Positions 1 to 8,299 of a stretch of DNA of 44,726 nucleotides are shown in pieces; position 1 is the first letter of the stretch; each line of letters starts with the position of its first letter. Under the pieces are notes generated by a model. That model was not told the DNA's origin, did no database searches, and saw nothing but the letters and a program-made list of their open reading frames with translations. A program made the position numbers and the translations under genes. Source of the DNA: an uncultured bacterium (GTDB taxonomy: Bacteria > Krumholzibacteriota > Krumholzibacteriia > Krumholzibacteriales > Krumholzibacteriaceae); NCBI GenBank assembly GCA_965371515.1, contig CBDUYR010000022.1, positions 1-44,726 of the forward strand, given 5' to 3'.

Positions 1-195
1 GTAAGGATCGATATCTACGATCTCGCGGGGCGTCTCGTGTGCAGGCTCGTCGATATGCCCATGGAGGCAGGCCGGCATCAGATCGAATGGAACGGTGGGG
101 ACGATAAGGGGCGGACGGTCGCATCTGGTGTGTATTTCTATCGGATGACCGCGGGCAAGCAATCGTCTTCGAAAAAGATGATCCTGTTGAGGTGA
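1..195 (+). CDS. 3' end of a secreted protein with a FlgD-Ig / T9SS type-A-like C-terminal sorting domain (5' truncated by window)
   Basis: Frame 1 reads VRIDIYDLAGRLVCRLVDMPMEAGRHQIEWNGGDDKGRTVASGVYFYRMTAGKQSSSKKMILLR*, which fits the IYDxxGRxV...WxGxDxxGxxVxSGVYFYR...KKMILLR pattern; not in the ORF track. Confidence 0.85.
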   Translation, partial: VRIDIYDLAGRLVCRLVDMPMEAGRHQIEWNGGDDKGRTVASGVYFYRMTAGKQSSSKKMILLR

Positions 196-343
196 TACGT
201 CTCTCTTTTGAGTAATCGTCAGGCGGTTGTCTGGCGACGATACGGCCAGGTCATAAACGAGGTGATCTCCGATACCCTGCGGTGTTGGCGGGGGTGTATA
301 TATCCTTTCGCGCTTCCTGCCCGGTTGCAGCAGCTTCTTCATG

Positions 344-372
344 TTGCGGAAACGGGCCTGCTTCCTTATAAT
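344..372 (+). promoter_or_regulatory. sigma-70-type promoter for thiL-phosphatase-tsaD
   Basis: TTGCGG (344-349), 17 bp spacer, perfect TATAAT (367-372). Confidence 0.7.
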
Positions 373-425
373 CAGCACAGCCGCTAAAGAGCTTAAATCC
401 AGAAGATAGTCAGGGAGGCCGGGGC

Positions 426-1523
426 ATCAGGGAACGCGACGTTATAGGCTTTCTGAGGGATTCCTTTCCCGACGCGGGACTTGGCGATGACGCTGCCGTC
501 ATCGATACGCCCCGCGGCAGGCTGCTGTTCGCCTCTGACGCAGTCGTCGAGCAGGTCCACTTCAGGCTCGAATTCTCGACCGTCGGCCAGGCGGTCCAGA
601 AGGTAGTCACATCGAACGCATCAGATATTTACGCGATGGGGGGCGTCCCTGCCGGCATAGTATTCACGGCGGGGTTGCCCGAGAGATGCGGTGAGGAGGA
701 CCTCGTCTCGATCGTCGACGGGCTCGAAAGGTCGTGCGGGACTTACGACATCAAACTCTTCGGCGGTGACACGGTCCTGTCCCCTTCGGGGTACTTCTTC
801 GACGTGGCGATAATAGGCTCGGTGCCCGAGGATTGCGGGTTATTCAGGCGCGCCGGCGCGCGCCCCGGCGACCTGCTCGTCCTCTTCGGCGAGGTAGGTG
901 GTTCGCTCGCCGGGCTGAGGCTTCTCGAGGGACTGTCGGGCGGCTCGGCCGGTCCGCTCGATTCTCTTCTCCCGCCGCAGCCGGCACGGACGGGGATCCG
1001 CGAGGCGGCCAGCACGCTGTCGGTCGACACGACGGGGGCCGACATCGAGGCCGCGTGCGCGGCTGGGAACCTCCCCGACGGCGCAGCGGAGGTGCTGACG
1101 CTGATCGGCAGGCATATCGCACCGCTCACGTACAAGCCGCCGGTGAACGGCCTGCCTGAGTGGGCATCGAAGATTACGGCGATGATAGATATAAGCGACG
1201 GGCTTGGAAAGGACCTCTCCACCCTCTGCGCGGAGAGCGGCGTCGGAGCGGTGATCTCGGAGGAGAAGATTCCCGTTCCATCGGCAGTGGCCGGGGCGAT
1301 GGAAGCTGACCGCGGCAAGCTCACGGAATTCGCCCTGTCGAGCGGCGAGGAATATGTCGCCCTTGCTGCGGTTGAGCCAGGATCTGTTCCGCCCGGCGGC
1401 GTCGTCATAGGCGCGGTGACGGAGGAGGCAGGCGGGCTGCTGATAGAGGATCCGGACGGAGGGATGAGAAGGCTTCCCCCGATGGGATACGAGCACGAGT
1501 TTGGGACAACGGAACTGGAGTGA
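426..1523 (+). CDS. thiL: Thiamine-monophosphate kinase; probable start at ATC 426 (ORF-track start 636 is internal)
   Basis: In frame upstream of 636: RERDVIGFL...GLGDDAAV...ASDAVVEQVHF...SNASDIYAMGG; downstream GGDTV, GARPGD, IDISDGL, GYEHEF; SD GGGAGG at 413-418. Confidence 0.88.
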   Translation: MRERDVIGFLRDSFPDAGLGDDAAVIDTPRGRLLFASDAVVEQVHFRLEFSTVGQAVQKVVTSNASDIYAMGGVPAGIVFTAGLPERCGEEDLVSIVDGLERSCGTYDIKLFGGDTVLSPSGYFFDVAIIGSVPEDCGLFRRAGARPGDLLVLFGEVGGSLAGLRLLEGLSGGSAGPLDSLLPPQPARTGIREAASTLSVDTTGADIEAACAAGNLPDGAAEVLTLIGRHIAPLTYKPPVNGLPEWASKITAMIDISDGLGKDLSTLCAESGVGAVISEEKIPVPSAVAGAMEADRGKLTEFALSSGEEYVALAAVEPGSVPPGGVVIGAVTEEAGGLLIEDPDGGMRRLPPMGYEHEFGTTELE

Positions 1524-1532
1524 CCCCGCGTT

Positions 1533-2204
1533 ATGCTCATCTACATGATCAGGCACGGAAGAACGGACTGGAACGACGAGCGCAGGATAATGGGGCGCGA
1601 GCAGGTACCGCTCAACGATGAGGGACGGGAGATGGTCGAGGCGGTCGCCGGACATCTCGCCGGTGAGGGCATAGCTGCGGTCTACACGGGGACGCTCGCC
1701 CGGGCGAGGGAGACGGCGGAGATATTGGCGGAGACCTGGGGCGTAGAGCTTGTCGACGAGCCCCGCCTCGACGAATCGGCCTACGAGAAGTGGGTCGGCC
1801 GATCGTACTCCGACCTGAAGGGCGATCCAGACTTCGACTTGTACGGAACACGGCCGTCTGCGTCGAATTTTTCCTCCGGCGAGGGCATGTCGGGGATCCA
1901 GGAGCGCGCGCTGGCGGCCGTCGCGAGGATCGCCGGGGAGACACGCGGCGCGAAGACGGCGCTCGTCTCTCACGCCGACGTGATCAAACCCGTGATCGCC
2001 CATTATCTCGGAATGGACCTCGACCTGATGCACAGGCTCGCCGTGGCGAACGCGTCGGTCACACTGCTCGACCTCGCCTATCCCGGAGCGCCGAGGATCA
2101 GGTACATGAACCTGATGCCCTGGAAGTGGAAGATGGGCCTGCCCGACCCGCCGAGCTCTGGTGCTCGTACGGGTTGCGCCGGTCCTCCCGCAAAGGTAGA
2201 TTGA
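1533..2204 (+). CDS. Histidine phosphatase (phosphoglycerate mutase/CobC-like family)
   Basis: N-terminal RHGxTxWN motif, RARETA, DPRLxE-like EPRLDE, VSHADVI, NASVT. Confidence 0.85.
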   Translation: MLIYMIRHGRTDWNDERRIMGREQVPLNDEGREMVEAVAGHLAGEGIAAVYTGTLARARETAEILAETWGVELVDEPRLDESAYEKWVGRSYSDLKGDPDFDLYGTRPSASNFSSGEGMSGIQERALAAVARIAGETRGAKTALVSHADVIKPVIAHYLGMDLDLMHRLAVANASVTLLDLAYPGAPRIRYMNLMPWKWKMGLPDPPSSGARTGCAGPPAKVD

Positions 2205-2208
2205 TACG

Positions 2209-3216
2209 ATGCAGCTTTATCTCGGCATAGAGACCTCCTGCGACGACACGTCGTGTGCGATATATTCACCCGAAGATGGTGTTGTCGGCTACAGGACCGC
2301 CGCCCAGCTCGACCACGCGAAGTATGGCGGGGTAGTTCCCGAGATCGCCTCGCGTACGCACATGAAGACTCTGCTCCCCGTTTACGAGACGGTGATGGAG
2401 GAAGCCTCGGTCGGTCTCGGAGATCTGGCCGGCATCGGCGTTACGAACGGCCCGGGGCTTACCGGCTCCCTTCTCGTCGGCCTCTCGTTTGCCAAGGCGC
2501 TCGCCTACGGGAGCGGGCTCGAGTTCACAGGGATCCACCACATCGAGGGACACATACTTGCCAACGCGATAGACGGGCCGCTGGAGACTCCGGCGGTCGT
2601 GCTCGTCGTATCGGGAGGCCACACCCAGCTCTTCAGCGTCGAGAGGCCGGGCCGGTACGCATTTCTCGGCGGGACGAGGGATGACGCCGCCGGCGAGGCA
2701 TTCGACAAGATCGGCAAGATACTCGGCCTCCCATATCCCGGCGGACCGTCGATCGAGAAGTCGGCGCGCGACGGGAACGCGGCGGCGTTCGATTTCCCCC
2801 GCGCGATGAGGAACTCGGGCGAATGCGATTTTTCCTTCTCAGGACTGAAGACCGCCGTGCGGCTGAAGGTCGAGGAGCTCGGCGAGCTCTCTTCGCAGGT
2901 TGTGGCCGACGTGGCTGCATCTGCGCAGGAGGCTATCGTCGACGCGCTGGCGATCAAGTCGGTCATGGCGGTCGAGAAGACGGGGACGTCGAGGTTCTAC
3001 ATAGCCGGCGGTGTCGCGGCCAACGGCCGGCTCCGCGATGTGATAAGGGAACGGATCGGCAATGCGGGCGCCGAGGTTTCCTGGCCGCCCGTCGAATACT
3101 GTACCGACAACGCGGCGATGATCGCGTGCGCCGCCTGGTACCACCTCTCCGCCGGCCGCAGCGACGGGCTCGACCTGAACACCTTCCCGAGGGGTGAGCT
3201 CATGTCGTGGGCGTAA
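2209..3216 (+). CDS. tsaD: tRNA N6-threonylcarbamoyltransferase catalytic subunit
   Basis: LGIETSCDDT, GGVVPEIASR, HHIEGH, SGGHTQ, DDAAGEAFDK, FSFSGLKTA, CTDNAAMI. Confidence 0.97.
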   Translation: MQLYLGIETSCDDTSCAIYSPEDGVVGYRTAAQLDHAKYGGVVPEIASRTHMKTLLPVYETVMEEASVGLGDLAGIGVTNGPGLTGSLLVGLSFAKALAYGSGLEFTGIHHIEGHILANAIDGPLETPAVVLVVSGGHTQLFSVERPGRYAFLGGTRDDAAGEAFDKIGKILGLPYPGGPSIEKSARDGNAAAFDFPRAMRNSGECDFSFSGLKTAVRLKVEELGELSSQVVADVAASAQEAIVDALAIKSVMAVEKTGTSRFYIAGGVAANGRLRDVIRERIGNAGAEVSWPPVEYCTDNAAMIACAAWYHLSAGRSDGLDLNTFPRGELMSWA

Positions 3217-3344
3217 GAGCACATATTCCTGTCCTGCGCCTCATTACACTCAGTTTTTGAAATTATTATTATTTACTTTTTATATTGCATTATCCGTCGT
3301 TTCCGTTGCATTTTCCCTCCCGTCACGAGCCGTCCCCCGATGAG

Positions 3345-3357
3345 TAAAACACTGATA
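3345..3357 (-). promoter_or_regulatory. Putative IHF binding site
   Basis: Reverse complement TATCAGTGTTTTA fits WATCARNNNNTTR; lies about 50 bp upstream of the sigma-54 -24 element. Confidence 0.5.
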
Positions 3358-3406
3358 TAAAGGCTTTTCACGCATTGATTTAACCCCTCTTCAACACATC
3401 CGCCCC

Positions 3407-3422
3407 TTGGCACATTTATTGC
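3407..3422 (+). promoter_or_regulatory. sigma-54 (RpoN) -24/-12 promoter of the signalling operon
   Basis: TTGGCACATTTATTGC = TGGCAC-N5-TTGC with exact GG-N10-GC spacing, in an AT-rich intergenic region about 75 bp before the start codon. Confidence 0.75.
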
Positions 3423-3495
3423 CTTTCCCTTCTTAGCGATGAAGGAAAACCCGTTTCGAGCAGCGGGATAATACTATTTTCCGGGATCTTGATAA

Positions 3496-4476
3496 ATGAG
3501 CGCAGGGAACAATATCGAGGGACGCAGGATACTTGTCGTCGATGACGAGGAGCATATCCGCCGTATCCTCAAATTTCAACTGGAGAAGAACGGCTACGAT
3601 GTCGTCACCGTCGAGAACGGCGAAGAGGCGTTGAACCGCGTCAGGCGCTCGCCGCCAGATCTCATTCTCCTCGACCTGATGATGCCGAAGATCGACGGAT
3701 TCGAGGTCTGCCGCCGGCTCAGGGATGATTTCCAGACGAGCCATATCCCGATAATCATGCTCACCGCCAAGAGCGACCTCCCCGACAAGATCAAGGGGCT
3801 GAAGGGCGGCGCGAACGACTATCTCGTAAAGCCCTACTCGAACGAAGAACTCCTGCTGCGGGTGCGCAACGTGCTCGAATGGAGCCAGAATCAGAAGGAC
3901 GCCAACCCTCTCACTGGATTCGCCGGCAACAAGGCGATCGAGAAAGAGCTTGCCAGAAGGATCGATGACAGTCAGGCCTTCGCGTTCCTCTACATCGACA
4001 TCGACAATTTCAAGGCATACAACGACTACTACGGATATCACAAGGGCGATGAATCTATCCTGTTCCTTTCCAACATCATTACCGGGGCGGTTAACTCGCT
4101 CGGAGGGCAGGGAGATTTCGTCGGCCATATCGGGGGGGATGACTTCATCATCGTCACCTCTCTCGACCGCGCCGAGTTCATGGGACGCCACATCATCGAC
4201 GAGTTCGACAAGGGATCGCTCGTTCTGATGAACGAGGAGGATATCAGGAGGGGGTACCTCGAGATCAAGAACCGTCTCGGGGAGATCAAGAGGGTGCCCC
4301 TGATGTCACTGACGATAGCGCTTGTCCTCAACGACGGTGAGCGGCTCAAGCATTTCGCCCAGGTCAGCGATATTGCCTCCGAACTGAAGAAATTTGGAAA
4401 GGGAATGACAGGAAGCGTTGTGGTGAGAGAGCGGCGCAAGGAGGCCTCGGAACCAGCCGAGGTCGACAGTCACTGA
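3496..4476 (+). CDS. Response regulator with REC + GGDEF-family (GGDDF) diguanylate cyclase domain
   Basis: REC motifs VVDDE, LLDLMMP, LTAK, KPY; cyclase motifs NPLTG, DIDNFKAYNDYYG, GD, GHIGGDDF. Confidence 0.92.
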   Translation: MSAGNNIEGRRILVVDDEEHIRRILKFQLEKNGYDVVTVENGEEALNRVRRSPPDLILLDLMMPKIDGFEVCRRLRDDFQTSHIPIIMLTAKSDLPDKIKGLKGGANDYLVKPYSNEELLLRVRNVLEWSQNQKDANPLTGFAGNKAIEKELARRIDDSQAFAFLYIDIDNFKAYNDYYGYHKGDESILFLSNIITGAVNSLGGQGDFVGHIGGDDFIIVTSLDRAEFMGRHIIDEFDKGSLVLMNEEDIRRGYLEIKNRLGEIKRVPLMSLTIALVLNDGERLKHFAQVSDIASELKKFGKGMTGSVVVRERRKEASEPAEVDSH

Positions 4477-4488
4477 CCGGAGGGGGAA

Positions 4489-5283
4489 GTGGTCGGGACG
4501 ATCAACACAAGCACAGACCAGGGAGAGGTAGAGCTCCTCAGGGAAGAGCGCGACCGATACCGGAATGTCTTCGAGGCCGCCAGCATGATCGTCGGGCACG
4601 AGCTGGTCAAGCCGCTCACTTCGATAAGCGGCTACGTGGAGCTTCTCGAGGAAAGGTTCGAGGAAGCTGCCGGCGAAGACGAGAAGAGGTACTTTTCGCG
4701 TCTCAGGGAATCGATCGGCCGGCTTCAGGAGATTGTCGAATCGTTTGTGCAGCTGCTCCGGTCCGATCGCGTCGACGAGCAGGCCGGGATTTTCGAGCGG
4801 GTCGACGTGCGCGCCCTCGTCGAGAAACTCAGACCGCAGGAAGGCGCGGAACGGTCGAGATTGAGAAACGCGATCGATCCCGACATGCCGCCGGCCATCC
4901 TGCGCAGGAAGCATCTCGAGGTGGTGCTCGACAACCTGATCTCCAACGCCTTCAAGTACAGCGGAGAGAAAGCTCCGGTAACGGTCGATGCGGAGATCAT
5001 CAGGGAGCGGCGCGGCAACATCGGGGAGAACGTCCTTGTCGTCAGCATCACGGACGAAGGAGACGGGATACCCGAGCACGAGCTGAAGGAAATATTTGAT
5101 CCGTTCTACAGGGGCGACTCGGGGCGGCCCGCCGGGGGGCTCGGCCTCGGACTGGCCCTTGTGCGGAACATCATAAATATCATGGGGGGAAGAATCCGGG
5201 TGAGCAGCAAACCGGGCGAGGGCACGAAGGTGACCTTCGGCGTCCCGCTGCGCTGCGACAGCAGTCCCGGCGGGGCGAAATGA
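4489..5283 (+). CDS. Soluble histidine kinase without a sensor domain (HisKA + HATPase_c)
   Basis: H-box GHELVKPLTSI, N-box DNLISNAFKY, DEGDGI, FDPFYR, GLGLGLA; only ~35 aa precede the H-box. Confidence 0.9.
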   Translation: MVGTINTSTDQGEVELLREERDRYRNVFEAASMIVGHELVKPLTSISGYVELLEERFEEAAGEDEKRYFSRLRESIGRLQEIVESFVQLLRSDRVDEQAGIFERVDVRALVEKLRPQEGAERSRLRNAIDPDMPPAILRRKHLEVVLDNLISNAFKYSGEKAPVTVDAEIIRERRGNIGENVLVVSITDEGDGIPEHELKEIFDPFYRGDSGRPAGGLGLGLALVRNIINIMGGRIRVSSKPGEGTKVTFGVPLRCDSSPGGAK

Positions 5284-5292
5284 GAGCAGGAA

Positions 5293-8286
5293 ATGACACG
5301 CAATAACAGAAGAAAAGACAAATCCCGACCGCTCGTCAGCATCCCGCAGGCAAGGCTGATCGAGCTCGTTGCCATATTCGCCATTGTCTACGTTGCGAAG
5401 GAGATCGCAGGATTTACCTACCACACGGGACTCGTGGTGACGGTGTTCCTCGGCGCGGCCTTTCTCAACCTGACCGTCTCCTCCCTGCGGGGGATAATGC
5501 GCAACCACGGCTGCGCGGTAGGCAGACAGCGCATCTGGAGCTGGCTCGCCGTCATGATAGACTTCGTCACCGTGCTGTCGCTGATCTATCTGACGGGAAC
5601 GGTCAACAGTCCGTTCATGTTCCTCGTCGTGATCCCACTCTTCTTCGCCGGCAGGCTGCTTCCCGCGATGACGGCCGGTTTCGCCGTGACATTCGTCACG
5701 ACAGCGGCCATAGCGACGCTGGGGCTGCTTGAGCTGAAAGGGATCATCCCTCACCATTCCGTTGTCAACGGCGGGTTCACCGGCCCGGCAGAGGTACGCT
5801 TTCTCATCGGTACGCTGCTCGTAGTCGGCGGCTTCATGAGTCTGATGACATACCTGTTCGGCACATTTTACGACAACTTCCAGGTCTATTTCCGGGACTC
5901 GGAAAAGCGTCTCGATTCATCGCGCAAGAGAATAATCGAGCTGACCCGCCTCTACGACATCAGTCTCGGGATCAATTCGGTTATCACCCTCGACACGCTG
6001 CTGAAAATGGTCTGCAAGGAGGTGACCCTCCTGCTGAGGCGTCCGTGGGCAGCTGTCGCTCTGATATCGCAGAAGGGCGAGCTCGTCAAGTTCGTAGAGC
6101 TCGGGGAGAAGGGCGTGAGCTCCGAAGAGCCCGACGGCACGTTTGATGACGATCCCCTGCTGCGGGAGATGTCCGGCAGCGAAGAGGGCCTTGCGGTGGA
6201 GGATGCCTCCAGCCACGAGGAGCTCCGCGAGTCCAGCCTCGTGAAGGAGAGGAAGCTCGTTCCCGTCCTTGCCGTCCCGATCCTGTCGGGCAACGATGCG
6301 CAGGGCATCCTGCTCGTAGGCGACCAGGAGTACGATCCGTTCACCAAAGAGGACGTCAAGCTGATGTCGGTACTCTCCAGCCAGGTCTCTACCGCTATCG
6401 AAAAGAGCCGGCTCTACGAAATCATGACGGGAAGGATCAGGCGTCTCGAGCGGGAGAACGAAGGGCTCGAGAGCTCGAATAAACTCAAGATGGGATACAT
6501 CTCGCACGTGTCGCACGAGCTGAAGACTCCGCTGACTTCGATCAAGGCGTACGTCGAATCGCTCGCCGAGAATATCGACGATCCCGACTTCAACGAGGGC
6601 AAGGATTTCCTCTGCGTGATCTCGAGTGAGACCGATCGTCTGATCCGCCTCATCAACAAGGTTCTCGACATGTCGAAGATAGAGTTCGGGCAGAGGACCC
6701 TTCGCTGCAGATTGTTCGACCTGCGGGGCCTCGTGAGCGAGGTCGATACGTCGATGCAGCCTTATCTCAAGGAGAAAAACCTGCGCCTGCAGATCGAGTT
6801 CCCGGACGAGCTGCCGCTCGTCGACGGGGACGAGGACCTCATCAAGCAGATGTTCATCAATCTTATAGGAAACGCCGTGAAGTTTTCGCCTCCCGGCTCG
6901 AGGATATTCCTCGGCGCGGTAGAGGAAGCCGTCTCGATCAAGATCACGGTCCGCGACGAGGGGGTCGGTATATCCGAAGGGGACCAGAAGAATATATTCA
7001 AGCAGTTCTACCAGGTCGGCAGCAGTTCCTCCGAGGGGGTGGGCCTCGGACTGGCGATAGTGAAGAACATCGTCGAGCAGCACGGGGGTAACATCCACGT
7101 CTCCAGCAAGATGAACGAGGGGAGCATCTTCACCTTCACGCTACCGAAAGAGCATCACTTCAACGACCTGCTCGGATACATATTCGATTCGACGGAGGCA
7201 CGTGACGAGATCCAGGAGATGTTCCAGCTCGCCGTCAAGGTCGTCGCGGAGATGCTGTCTGCGAAGATCGTCTCGATGATGCTTCTCGACCGCGAACGCA
7301 AGGAGCTTTTCATAAAGGTCGCATACGGTCTCGACGAGAGGATTGTGGAGAACGCACGCGTAACGGTGGGCAAGAGCATCGCCGGCCGCGTCGTCCAGAC
7401 GGGGGAGCCCCTCCTTATAGAGGACATAGAGGATACGGGACTCGCTGCGGTAAGGACTAACAATCCCCAGTACGAGACGAAGTCGTTGATCAGCGTACCA
7501 CTCATCGTCGGCTCGATGGTCATCGGTGTCATTAACGCCAATAACAAGACCTCGGGCAAGCCGTTCACCGAGGACGACCTCGTCCTCATGCAGAGCATCA
7601 GCCAGAGGATCTCGAAGGTCATCGAGCGAATGCGCACCGCAGAGGATTTCCACGCCTTCCTGCGCGAGACGATCTCGTCCCTCAGTTCTCTTCTCGAGAT
7701 CTGCGAGGGCGATGAAGTGGGCATACACAACAGGATGGTCGAATGGTCGGTTAAGGTTGCGAGGAAACTCGGCCTCAGCGAGAAGGAGATCCAGAGCATC
7801 CAGTTCGTCTCGAGCGTTCATGACGTCGGCATGACGACGATCAGCAACGACATCCTCTCGAAGACCCTCGAGCTGACCGCCGAAGAGGTCGACGAGATAC
7901 ACAAGCATCCTCAGCGGGGGGCGGCGATCATGAAGCCGTTCGAGTTCGTCGAGGCGGTGAGCCAGACGATGCTTTTCCATCACGAGAGGATTGACGGCAC
8001 GGGATATCCGATGGGGTTGAAGGGCGACCAGATACCGATCGGCGCGAGGATAATCTCCGTGCTCGATGCGTGGGTCTCGATGGTCAGTGAACAACCGTTC
8101 AGAAAATCGCTTGCCCTCGAAGATTCGATCGAAGAACTGGTAGATAATGCAGGAAAGCAGTTCGACCGCGAAGTCGTCGGCGCCTTTATAGAGGTGCTCG
8201 TCGACGAGGGGTGGATAGATATAGAGGAATACTCAGGGATAAGGGACAGGCTGAGGTTCGGCGGCAGGCATCACGCCATGCCGTAG
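5293..8286 (+). CDS. Membrane hybrid sensor kinase/phosphodiesterase: multi-TM, GAF, HisKA, HATPase, GAF, HD-GYP
   Basis: Hydrophobic N-terminal ~190 aa; GAF (LAVPI...GILLVG...FTKED); SHELKTPLTSI; NLIGNAVKF; GVGLGLAIV; second GAF (SIAGRV, SLISVPL); VHDVG, HP, HHERIDGTGYP. Confidence 0.9.
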   Translation: MTRNNRRKDKSRPLVSIPQARLIELVAIFAIVYVAKEIAGFTYHTGLVVTVFLGAAFLNLTVSSLRGIMRNHGCAVGRQRIWSWLAVMIDFVTVLSLIYLTGTVNSPFMFLVVIPLFFAGRLLPAMTAGFAVTFVTTAAIATLGLLELKGIIPHHSVVNGGFTGPAEVRFLIGTLLVVGGFMSLMTYLFGTFYDNFQVYFRDSEKRLDSSRKRIIELTRLYDISLGINSVITLDTLLKMVCKEVTLLLRRPWAAVALISQKGELVKFVELGEKGVSSEEPDGTFDDDPLLREMSGSEEGLAVEDASSHEELRESSLVKERKLVPVLAVPILSGNDAQGILLVGDQEYDPFTKEDVKLMSVLSSQVSTAIEKSRLYEIMTGRIRRLERENEGLESSNKLKMGYISHVSHELKTPLTSIKAYVESLAENIDDPDFNEGKDFLCVISSETDRLIRLINKVLDMSKIEFGQRTLRCRLFDLRGLVSEVDTSMQPYLKEKNLRLQIEFPDELPLVDGDEDLIKQMFINLIGNAVKFSPPGSRIFLGAVEEAVSIKITVRDEGVGISEGDQKNIFKQFYQVGSSSSEGVGLGLAIVKNIVEQHGGNIHVSSKMNEGSIFTFTLPKEHHFNDLLGYIFDSTEARDEIQEMFQLAVKVVAEMLSAKIVSMMLLDRERKELFIKVAYGLDERIVENARVTVGKSIAGRVVQTGEPLLIEDIEDTGLAAVRTNNPQYETKSLISVPLIVGSMVIGVINANNKTSGKPFTEDDLVLMQSISQRISKVIERMRTAEDFHAFLRETISSLSSLLEICEGDEVGIHNRMVEWSVKVARKLGLSEKEIQSIQFVSSVHDVGMTTISNDILSKTLELTAEEVDEIHKHPQRGAAIMKPFEFVEAVSQTMLFHHERIDGTGYPMGLKGDQIPIGARIISVLDAWVSMVSEQPFRKSLALEDSIEELVDNAGKQFDREVVGAFIEVLVDEGWIDIEEYSGIRDRLRFGGRHHAMP

Positions 8287-8299
8287 GCGGAGGAATCCG

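Noticed and set aside
3990..4060. Hypr GGDEF (3',3'-cGAMP synthase) assignment for the REC-GGDEF protein
   Set aside because: The specificity position equivalent to PleD D344 is Asp (YHKGDES), not Ser/Thr
4132..4146. GGDD as a Cas10 palm motif, and the G7 run as a phase-variation tract
   Set aside because: Context is an ordinary REC-GGDEF protein with no cas genes or repeats; G7 simply encodes Gly-Gly-Asp and is short
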